Of a stretch of 64,000 bases of DNA, positions 54,462 through 64,000 are shown piece by piece. Under the pieces are notes generated by a model. The model searched no databases, was not told where the DNA came from, and was given only the letters and a program-made list of their open reading frames with translations. The DNA comes from Isurus oxyrinchus (lineage: Eukaryota). How positions within the stretch are numbered: the stretch's first letter is position 1; each line of letters opens with the position of its first letter. The stretch is taken from NCBI GenBank assembly GCA_026770705.1, contig JANJGN010000008.1, positions 172,174,001-172,238,000 of the forward strand, in the 5' to 3' direction. The position numbers and the translations under genes are program-made.

Positions 54462-54680
54462 GGTCGGTTAGCTCAGTTGGCTGCATGGTTAGAACATGAT
54501 GCAGAAGATGCCAATGGCATGGGCTCAATCCCTATACCAGCTGTGACAATTCATGGAAGCCTCCCTCCTTGCCTTGTCCCATGCTTGCGGAGTGGTGCCC
54601 CTCAAGCTGTATATAACCAACCGTCTTTCTAATGGAGAGGGATGCCTATGGTCCTTTGTGGAATACGGCTAATTATTCAT
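54462..54680 (+). mobile_element. SINE with a tRNA-Ile-like head (tRNA pseudogene-like)
   Basis: GGTCGGTTAGCTCAGTTGG..GTTAGAACATGATGC..GCCAATGGCATGGGCTCAATCCCTATAC resembles recalled vertebrate tRNA-Ile(AAT), but has an insertion and no intact anticodon arm. Confidence 0.6.
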
Positions 54681-55129
54681 GCTGTTGGCAGCTCAGATCC
54701 TCAGGTTAATGTCTCCTTATTCACTTACCTTGGCTCTGCCCAAGAGTTGGAATTTGAGCAGTGACTGTAGCTTTGCTCAGTGCTACTTTCCTTCAGCTCT
54801 CTCCCTTCTACACACTCTGATGCACGGCCTTCTCATTTCCCTATCATTTAAGTTTAGCAGGAACGAATAAAGTGACAAAACTCTGCCCATTAGCCCAGCT
54901 TCCCTTCAAAATAGTCTCACCTTTTAAGATAGAATTTTTATGATAAAAGGTTGTGCTTAAAATCCAAAAATAGCTACCCACGTTTAAGTACAAAATTGTT
55001 ATTAGATGCACCCTATTCAATAAACTTGGAACAACAGACTAACACTTGAGCTGTTCTTTCTCCCTGCCCTCCCCACACATCACTGTATCTCGAGACCAAC
55101 AGTCTGAGAACCATAATGCATTTTCCTTA

Positions 55130-55470
55130 ACGTAGAATAGTTACATCATAGAAAGTCCTTCGGTCCTTCCTACAGCCTCTCTGCAAAAGCAACTCAACTA
55201 GTTCCACACATGTAGCCTGACAATTTGTTTCTCTTCAGATAATTATCTAATTCCCTTTTGAAAGTCACAATTCAATCTGCCTCCACCACAGACTTAGGCA
55301 GTGCATTCCAGAATCTAACCACGCCCTCACAAAAATGTTTTCCTCATATCGCTATTGATTCTTTTGCCATTCACCTTAAATCAATGTCCTCAGGTTTTCA
55401 GCCCTTCCACCACAGTTTCTCCATGTCTACTCTATCAAGGCCTCTCATGATTTTGAACACACAAGGCTAA
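55130..55470 (-). mobile_element. Degraded CR1 3' end
   Basis: aggcagtgcattccagaatctaaccac and tctactctatcaagg-type CR1 3' remnants. Confidence 0.6.
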
Positions 55471-56412
55471 CCTTTTCCCCTGTCCATACTAAATATGCAG
55501 AGATATATGGACCAGTCAAATAAAACCATTCATCACAAAAATGCCAAAAGGGAGTAATATTGCACTTCAAAATGAGAAAGCACCCAGGGCACTAGAAATA
55601 ACATCTTAATGATGCATCGAAAGTAAATAGCCAAGATAAACATAGTTTGTGGACATTTCATAGTCCTTTACCTATGTTTCTTTTTTATAAGAACCGCTTA
55701 CAATCATATACTCCACTTCAAAACAGGCAAAAAAACACTAGGAGGCAACAATGCAGAAGTCTGACTTTATTACATATCCATGCTTTTGAAAGCATCAATT
55801 TTTATATTGGTCCTGTTTAAATTTTCTTTACTGCATACTGAGTTGATAATTAGATAGGTCCATATAGCACAGTAATGTCAAAAAATGATTAGTACAAACT
55901 AGAGTAGCAGGCTGATTGTCAGAAATATCTAAATTTTACTTACAATTCTGATTTGAACAGACTGGGAATACAGCCATTTTGAAGAAGACATGGCAACCAT
56001 CTCACAAAGCTCAGTGGTGCAAGCAAGGCTGATGGCAATTTTCAAAGTAGCAGCAGCAGCAATTTCATTGTGGCAATTGCTACTTTAGTACAAGCTACAA
56101 TTGGGCATCAAATACAGAGACTAGGTGAATTCTCTAAAGGTCATGAAATTATTTGTGGGGTATGGATATGAATACACAAAAATGCTTCTACCTGTTATAT
56201 AGCACACAAGTTATCCACGAATATTTTTGTAATCTATTTACTACTTACTGTAGCGCCAGTCTAAAGCTTCACTAATGATTCCGTTACAGTGGCATTATGC
56301 TCACTCAAATTTTAATTGCATAATTATTTTCAACAATTTAATCCATTATTTATGCCAAAAAATATTTTTATTAAAAATATATTACATTTCACTTTTCCAT
56401 GTCAAACATTAA

Positions 56413-56622
56413 GGGAGAGAGATTCTGCTACATAGACTTACATTGATTCCCTGGGGGCAGGCAGTGTGTGGCCCTCTATCTGCACAGTCAGTGCAACACT
56501 CACCATTGATATAACTGAAGAACGCCATGTGGGCTATGCAGATAGTGGCCCTCTAAGATGCCTATCCATTAGGAAATCGATGCAAGTCTTTTAGTAATGC
56601 TACACAAACTAATTTCTCCCCC
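56413..56622. mobile_element. Small palindromic MITE, Harbinger-like
   Basis: Ends gggagagagatt / aatttctccccc flanked by TAA and TTA; internal arms ggccctctatctgcacagtc / ggctatgcagatagtggcc. Confidence 0.5.
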
Positions 56623-57094
56623 TTAATTTTTCCGCCTTTTAAGTCTAAACTAGTGTTTTCATTTTGCCCAAAAACTCAGGAAAAACAATGTTCTAGGAAC
56701 TTTTTTCTTTCATTCACACCAAAGAAGTTTTCCATAACAATTGAAAAGTAATCGATTACAGCCTCAAGTTATTTTTCTCAGAAGTTCATGACTTGGAAAA
56801 CCTAATCCTTTGCTATGCACATTTCATCTAACATGAACAGAGCAGTCAAACTCTTCCAATAAGCTTTGACCCATTTATGGCATGCACCAATTAATTCATG
56901 GAATTATCAAATGGGAGACTGAAAAGGTATGGCTCGCCATACATTTTAGTTCCTTTGTACTTTAGCAGTGTTATTTAATGATATTTCTGTGCTACCACGT
57001 TCAATACAGCACTTCACATATGCATGTCAGGAGCCTGCAAAATGGTCTATTAGTAGGCCAGTTAAAATGGGTCTTCCTCTTTAAGGTTAAGATG

Positions 57095-57100
57095 TTTATT
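57095..57100 (-). terminator. Candidate AATAAA polyadenylation signal for GPR21
   Basis: tttatt on the plus strand about 415 nt downstream of the GPR21 stop codon; other candidates lie further downstream. Confidence 0.35.
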
Positions 57101-57513
57101 CATAGTTTTACATGGTTGCTGCATTCACAGTTGATTACAAATCAGAATTTACAATAATTCTACTGTCAATGAAACAAGCATCTTCTAAAATTCAGCGTAC
57201 AGTGCAATAAAAAATTATAACATTTGGCCCATAAATATTTCAATTCTCTGGAAAGAATCATAAACACAGTTCATAATTATAAACAAGTTAAAACAAAGTA
57301 GGGAATTTGTCTAACCACAGGATAAAAAAAATAAATTAACTGTCCTGTAGAATGCTACATATTGGATTATAATATTAACTCAAATTGCCCTCGAGGTCTA
57401 CTCAATACTACATCGCTCTTGAACAAAACTTAAGCCCATTTCAATAAATTAAAATCACATTGGGGCTGATGTGATGGAATGAGCAGGCCACAGAATGTCA
57501 TGTCTTATACTTT

Positions 57514-58596
57514 TCAAGTATTGCAGCCATTGGAAGATCTTTTACTTCCAGGTACTGAAGGGTTTTTGCTTTCCACATACCAGATACACGAAGCACAGAC
57601 AGCACCTGAGAGACGTTTGAGGCCCTTACGAAAGGCGCTGTTGGAGAGGCTGTAAATAACACAGTTACAGAAGCTATTGCTAATGGCAAGCCAGGTGGTC
57701 AGAAAAGATATTTCTGGACTATCATAAATGTGAGCGCTTTCAAGGAGGAAATAAATGATGTACGGAAGCCAAAGGACGTAAAACACACTGGTGATTCGAA
57801 ACAAAACCATAGCATAATGTTTCTCAGAACTAGGTGGATTTTCTGTTGATGCCTCTTCTTGTGTATTAAACCGAGCACGTCTTTCACTGATTTCCTTAGT
57901 GTGGTGTTGGCATATTCTGAATATGTTGAAATAGGTAAAACAGACTACAAAAGCAGCAGGAGCATACAGTAAAACCACGATAAATCCTGCAAAGTAAACG
58001 TTCGTTTCCCAGGAATTAGCACACCATTCAAAAATGTCTCCATGATAGCCCGGCTTCCCCCAGCCAAAAAAAGAAGGGAGGAATACAATGCAGGAGTACA
58101 GCCAGATTATTATAATGCAAACACGCAACCTCCATGGTGTGACCAGCTGACTGTAAGATAGTGGTTTGGTAATTGCAATGTATCGATCAACGCTGATGCA
58201 GGCCAGAGAGGTCATCGAGATGCTTTTCAAGACGGACACAATATATCCAAAAAATTTGCACGTTAAAGATTCGTGGGAACCTGTCGGATAGTGTAGAAGG
58301 GACAAAGAAGGAACCAAGCAACTGATTCCAACAAAAAGATCAGCATACGCCATGGTCTGAATGAAATAACTTGTAGTATGATGATTCAAAAGAGGTGCAC
58401 AATGAAATACCAATATAACAATAAGGTTACCTGAAATGATTAACACAGTGAGAAAAACAATGATGATTACTTCCAGGAGACAAATGTTAACTGTTTCGTA
58501 GTAACTGAATCCCAAAAGACAGAATGGTCGGCTAGTATTGTTTCCTTCCCAGGAAGAGTTCATACTTCTGTTTTGCACAGTCCAAACAGATGTCAT
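57514..58596 (-). CDS. GPR21: G protein-coupled receptor 21, orphan class A GPCR with an uninterrupted CDS, nested in a RABGAP1 intron (360 aa from ATG 58596, 349 aa from ATG 58563)
   Basis: Seven hydrophobic segments, DRY, ECL2 [27 protein letters not shown]. The N-terminus PFCLL..YxETVNxCLLEV and [13 protein letters not shown] are GPR21-type. The host gene is RABGAP1, whereas GPR52 sits in RABGAP1L. The ORF-track start at 58638 is a GTG preceded by an in-frame TAA. Confidence 0.93.
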   Translation of the reverse strand: MTSVWTVQNRSMNSSWEGNNTSRPFCLLGFSYYETVNICLLEVIIIVFLTVLIISGNLIVILVFHCAPLLNHHTTSYFIQTMAYADLFVGISCLVPSLSLLHYPTGSHESLTCKFFGYIVSVLKSISMTSLACISVDRYIAITKPLSYSQLVTPWRLRVCIIIIWLYSCIVFLPSFFGWGKPGYHGDIFEWCANSWETNVYFAGFIVVLLYAPAAFVVCFTYFNIFRICQHHTKEISERRARFNTQEEASTENPPSSEKHYAMVLFRITSVFYVLWLPYIIYFLLESAHIYDSPEISFLTTWLAISNSFCNCVIYSLSNSAFRKGLKRLSGAVCASCIWYVESKNPSVPGSKRSSNGCNT

Positions 58597-58924
58597 TGCT
58601 GGTTTGGTTGTTCGCAGTGTCTCAGTCTTCTGCCTCACTTATTCTCAGACTCTGCTCAGCATTGTCTGCATTGCAATTTTTCTATAATCCAGCAAACAGT
58701 CATCACCCTCAACATGCCATAAGAGGACAAAGCTATTCCCAGCAGTTGCCATGCTTTCAGCTTAAGAAATAAAGGCGGATGCCGGCATGAATAGGCTGTG
58801 CCATAGACTTGAGGACAAAAGAGGGGGACATGACACCTGTCTTTCTTCTGCTGAAAGTAAATATATACATATATTTTCTGCTTCATCAATCTCCAGTGCT
58901 TCTCCACATGTGGTTTAGTCAAGA

Positions 58925-58965
58925 CTATGGCAGAGAAAACAAAAAACCTTTTGTTGAAATGAAGC
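58925..58965 (-). promoter_or_regulatory. Candidate 3' splice acceptor upstream of the GPR21 CDS
   Basis: Minus strand reads ggttttttgttttctctgccatag|TCTTGA: a strong polypyrimidine tract plus TAG, 328 nt upstream of the first ATG. Confidence 0.5.
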
Positions 58966-59246
58966 TAATTTAAGCCCTCACAAAATATCAGCACGGTACT
59001 CTGTAAATCATTATCTGCTAAAGACAGAGATTGATTTAAAAAAAAACAAAAAAAGTCTCCCAGCTTTCCTTAGTGATGTTTTAAATCACAGAAGATTCCT
59101 GACCGGAGCTCAGACACAGTTACTGCAATATGATGCTTTCTCCAGAATCGCAGTCCAATTTGCCGCAGAATTCAAACAGCCCCTACAGGCATCACTCCTC
59201 CCTCCCTCCCTCACAATTCTCTGCCAAAGGAAATATGTCTGTAACT

Positions 59247-59260
59247 ACACCAGAGGGCGA
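59247..59260 (+). promoter_or_regulatory. CTCF-like motif upstream of GPR21
   Basis: ACACCAGAGGGCGA matches the CCASYAGRKGGCRS core at 12 of 14 positions. Confidence 0.35.
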
Positions 59261-60429
59261 ATGCAGCAGTACGGAATCTTTGCTCTCACATTCAAGACTG
59301 CAGTAGCCTCTCAAGGAGCTCCATCCATCACCTCCCTTACATGAGAATCTAATACATAAGAACCCTACCTATCCATCAACTGACAGCAGCAGTTGCCAAG
59401 TACACTTTTGGTAGACTGCTAGCTGAGGAGGAGCCACAGAACAGATCACTGAAATTCCAACACATAACTAGATCCAAGTTTTTTTTTAAAACTCAGCACA
59501 CTTGAATGCCTCTTCAGAATTAACAATGCACCTAATCCATATTTCACTGCTTCATGTAAGATCTTCACTGGCCACATACTACACTAGCTATAACGTATAA
59601 ATAAAATCAAGGTGAGGTAACAAAGCATCAAAATTTTGCATTGGTTTGGCAATTGCAGAACCAGATGAATTAACGGAATTGGGAGGTTGTGTCCATGATG
59701 GTTTTACATTCATTTGCACTTTATTGTAAATATAGCTGTTCAAAGGATAAAACCAAAGTTTTGCTGTTTATCTGTGAATTATTTTATTTCATACCTCATA
59801 TTCTGTACTATAATAAATTCATGAATGACTAAATTAGTAATTAATCAAAACAATTTTCTCAAGTGCATGTTAAATGCACTCATGCACACAGTCCATAAAA
59901 TATGAACTATATTTTTGGCCAAATTATATTAACCTAGCAATAAAATGTTACATTACCAATGTGGAATGAAGCTCAGCAAAAAACAAAAAAAAAAACTGCA
60001 ACTTTTTTTCTGGGGCAAGGGAGGTGGGAGGGAGAAAGAACAGGACCAATTACAGTGAATAGTCACAACACAGTTAATATGGCGGGCAAGACCCTCTGAA
60101 CTGTCACTGTCAAATAAGATGACATTTTCCAACAGACAAGCCCCAATTGTTAATGATGCCCAACCTCACTGCTCGGCTCTGCATTCATTAACTGAAATAA
60201 TGATTCAGATCACAGAACACAAGTGAAGAAACATCATCTACAATTAAACATAAATGAGTGGCCAGGCTGAATTTCTCCTCAATGAGCAAAATTCAGTAAC
60301 ATTTACACGTAATCATCTTTCAAAATGATTTTGCAGAAGTGCACAGTATTGATATGATCATTCAAGTAGGTTAGAGTTGACACGAGAAACAATTCTTTTT
60401 TTTTTAAGCTTGACAACACTGTGCACACT

Positions 60430-60725
60430 ATCATGGATGTGGCCAGCATTTATTGCCTAATCCCTAACTGCCCTTGTTCAGGGGGCATTTAAGAGTCAAC
60501 CACATTGCTGTGGGTCTGGAGTCACACCAGGTAAGGATGGCAAATTTCCTTCCCTAAAGGACATTAGTGAATCAGATGGGATTTTACAACAATCAGCAAT
60601 TGAATTCCAGATTTTTATTGAATTGAAATTTCATCATCTGCCGTGGTGGGATTCAAACCCAGAACATTACCCTGGGTTCTGGATTACCAGTCCAGTGACA
60701 ATACCATTATGCCACCACCTCCCTC
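60430..60725 (-). mobile_element. tRNA-derived SINE, same family as 38225
   Basis: Minus strand ggtggcataatggtattgtcactggactggtaatccag..gggtttgaatcccacc with the shared tail. Confidence 0.75.
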
Positions 60726-62046
60726 ATATGAAGATGCATTGACATAATTCACATAATTGCTTATGAACATTATAGGAAGATAGTACCCATTTAAAAAAAG
60801 GGTGTCCAAACTGCAACCCTGCAGCCACTAAACCCTTGACAATCTAGAAGCCCAAACAACCTAACCCTTGTATTTATTCTTTGGTTTGGCCCTTTTGACT
60901 GTTGTGAGCCTCAAGTTTTAGAAAGGATTGCTTTAGTGTTATCACCCAATTTGTGGATACATTAAAAAAATCAGAACACAAGGTTTCATCAGTATTAACA
61001 ACATGAAAAAAATATAAAAATTGAGTATAGGTGGCCCTCTTGCTACACACCAAGGTGGCCCAGAAAGACAGCATAAGCCATAATTTGAACGTTTGGACTA
61101 TATTTATTCAGGAAATAACATAGTCCAGAATCTCTGCTGACCAGGTTTATCCAGTGGTAGAGGCGGCATTAATAAACTAATTGAGCTTTGTTCCCAGTAG
61201 GTATATCTTCTCAATCCCTCTATGATGAGCTCCTTCAGATATTTTGCAAGTTGTTTTCCTATATGTACGGTTTGAAGATAGGTTAGATCTATGAAGGTAG
61301 TTTAACTGTAGCGTAGGATTTGAAGGCTCAAGATTTGTAAACCAACCAAACAGAATTCAACATTGACAATGCAATCAGCATCTCTTGAATTTAACTTGAT
61401 GTTAACAATCCTATTTTTAAAATAAAAACTGTGCTGAATAAAAGCATTACCAAAAAAATTGCTTGACAAAAAAATCTGTAGTAATAGTAATTACTGACAA
61501 GTAGTAATCTGACAAGCCCAGTTTCCCCATCAGTCAGTCAATCAGACTGCCAGCATATCTTTTTTGGATGACTTATGCCTAGATGCACTTTTTTCAGAAA
61601 TAAAAAATGACAGTCATGCTCCTTTCTGATCGATTTCAATCCTACCTGCCCATCTTTTTGCCATACGCTTAAACCCCATTTCTTTCCAAAATCTGGTTGC
61701 CTCTTAAAACAATTTATAATATGCATTTCAATGGTTTTCACCAGTATCCAAAAATCGATATGCTTTTGAAAAGCAAAACTTTTTGCCTGGTTTGTTTTTT
61801 TTCCCCAAAACAACTTTATTCCTAAAATTTTGGCATTGGTTGCTTCAGTTTTCACCATAACAAACTTCAAGTTTACTTGAAGTTTCTACTCCCTTCTAAA
61901 AACATTCAGGCCACATCTTTCATGTAACAGATTTTACTGGAGTCTGCTATTGGTATTATCCAAATTTTGGCTTGTACATCACTGAATAAATAATTATGAT
62001 ATTATCACCATTATGTTAGTTTAAGAGAATGCACATCAGCCTTTCT

Positions 62047-62100
62047 GCTAAAGCATTAAAATTAGTCATTATAGCTAAAGCATTAAAATTAGTCATTATA
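62047..62100. repeat. Perfect 27-bp tandem duplication
   Basis: gctaaagcattaaaattagtcattata twice. Confidence 0.9.
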
Positions 62101-63639
62101 TCTAAATGGGCTTCCTGATATACTTAATGAATTCATTGCAAAATAGCAATATAGCATGCTGGAGTCTGACCAATCTTGCTGGAAAAATACATATAATCAA
62201 CAACTGCTTTAAACAATAAATGTTCTACCAACTAACTGAAATAAATCAATTTTGAGATTGTAATCAAAATAGACACGCTCCCAAAGAAACAAAATGACAT
62301 GGTATCATACTTCCAGGAGGCAATTTTCACTTCCTCGTGACAACTTGCACAGATAACATTTGCCAAATGCAATGATTTCAATGTGTATATACCCACAACT
62401 TTAAACTGTATATCAAAGCAAAAGAATGGACAGCCTTGAACGACCATTACCAGATATACACACTAATTGTAACACCATTAAAAGGTAATTAATATCCTTC
62501 ACAAACTCAGTTTGGCCCTCAATAATAGTTACGTATTTATAAACAACTTAAATAAATTTCCATATGGTTGATGTAATTGACTCAATTGCACTTGGTGAAA
62601 GTGCATTCATGAAAACCATCACAGGATTAAATCAGTGCACTTCATTCATTATGCATTTATTATTTGCTCTAATCCTCTTGAATTTAGTTGGCCAGCTCGA
62701 CGCTTTGCCAGAAACTACTATTTTGGAAAAATAAAATTATAATATGCTTGAAATATGCTTTGATCAATTTTTGACTGAAAGTAATATTTTGCATTATACC
62801 TTTTTGCTTATATAGTAATATACTTTAGCATGTTAAACACAGGCATAGGCAGTGTACAATTGTCCATTTCCTGTGATCAAACTGGCCCATAGGACACACA
62901 AGGTATTATTGGTCCTATGGTTAACAGCCACGATGAATAAAATTCCTGCAATGAAGGATTAATGGATGGTGGAGCAAGGAATTAATGCTGCACCAAAAGG
63001 AGTAGCATTACGTTTTCTGTACATTCAGATCCTCATTTATTCTATTTTGAATTCTACCCGGTAAAATACAGCGATGAGAGAGACATTCATTTGTTTCTCT
63101 AACCAGAGATACAGATTTATTTACCCAACTGCACCAGGTATGGAACGTTAGTTTATTTATACACCCTCATGCTTTTTAAGAAAAAAATACCTGCAAGCAA
63201 TGGTGGGAGTTTAACTAGTGGTTTAAAAAATAATCGCACAGTAACACTACTTCCATAAGTCATGGTTCACCAATGTCCCATCCACTAATGAAGAAGAAAC
63301 ATAACATTTCCAGACAAAGGAATTAATTAGACCATGACAATTGCATCTTTCAAGGTCAAGAACATTCATTTTGCTTAGCATCACCTTTTGATTATTTTTA
63401 AAATGCAAGTTAATTTCATAGGTGGCCAGAAATATTACCTGTAATTAGTCACATCTCCAATTCTTTCCATCACCAATTGCTCCATGTTTTTAATCTCTCT
63501 ACCTTTGTCTCATATCAATGTATGATGTGGCAGTATTTTGCTTTTATCTTAGTGTATGACGTGGGTTTGTTGTGTGCAAACACTTGCCCTAACACTTGGG
63601 GTAAGTGTAACTCCTAATATGCTATTAAACCACATGGAC

Positions 63640-63960
63640 AAAAAAACCTCAAGTTTGTCCTTGGTTTGTGATTAATTGGCTGTTCTCTGCTGGGACAGTG
63701 ATAGAGACATCACAATTAGCCTGAATACCTCAGACAAGACCAGACAAAAAAAAAGCAAGCTGCTTGCTCCAATATCAATCCATTGACCCTGTTAGAAAGC
63801 GCATGCAATGTAGTATCATGTGACAGGATGAGGCTGGGTTGTGATGCCTCTGATGATTGGTTAGACTGCTGGCTCATCATCTAGGCTCTCATGTGAAAGA
63901 TGGTCACTTGGAGGAAGGCACTGGAAAGCCAATCCTATAATATTTATGATACCATGGGCA
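63640..63960 (+). repeat. Unclassified interspersed repeat; related copies at about 16870-17110, 20150-20350 and 26040-26200
   Basis: Shared blocks such as gaaagtgcac/gaaagcgcat, aggctcagctgtgat/aggctgggttgtgat and aagatggtcact. Confidence 0.4.
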
Positions 63961-64000
63961 AGGGTAGCTCATCAGGAAAAGTAAAGGAAAAGTTTAAAAA

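Noticed and set aside
54462-54545. Functional tRNA-Ile gene
   Set aside because: Insertion in the D-loop region, broken anticodon arm and B-box, and it continues into a SINE-like body.
57514-58596. Calling the receptor GPR52 and the host RABGAP1L
   Set aside because: The host exons match recalled RABGAP1 (ESPQDSAITRDINRT, ISQKKLKKYEK), and the receptor N-terminus, TM1 and 349-aa length fit GPR21.
58597-58924. In-frame RABGAP1-GPR21 fusion protein, or the 374-aa ORF-track start
   Set aside because: An in-frame TAA at 58639-58641 closes the GPR21 frame, and the 58638 start is a GTG.

Overview
Eukaryotic, AT-rich vertebrate genomic DNA, most likely from a cartilaginous fish (shark); this is inferred from its CR1, SINE and Penelope-like repeat content. 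The window holds 12 internal coding exons of RABGAP1 (GAPCenA, a TBC-domain Rab GAP) on the minus strand, from the exon starting ESPQDSAITRDINRT (34573) to the exon ending VEAECKIQ (2545). All have GT-AG boundaries and are phase 0-0. The upstream exons and the last exon lie outside the window. The large intron above 34573 hosts a same-strand, single-coding-exon class A orphan GPCR, GPR21 (57514-58563/58596), the nested arrangement known from mammals. The introns contain CR1 and RTE LINE fragments, SINEs, Harbinger and hAT MITEs, and several fold-back elements. Most notable: (1) a young, TSD-flanked Penelope-like insertion forming a 112-bp near-perfect hairpin with a minimal hammerhead-ribozyme motif on each strand (44053-44326); (2) an older inverted element with a second hammerhead family (12775-13444); (3) a GPR21 with an upstream in-frame ATG giving a GPR52-like N-terminus and a GPR52-like ECL2; (4) splice-acceptor and polyA signals that could let the GPR21 exon act as an alternative last exon of RABGAP1. 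Comparisons to human proteins are from memory and need database confirmation. I found no firm evidence of a wholly new biological system.
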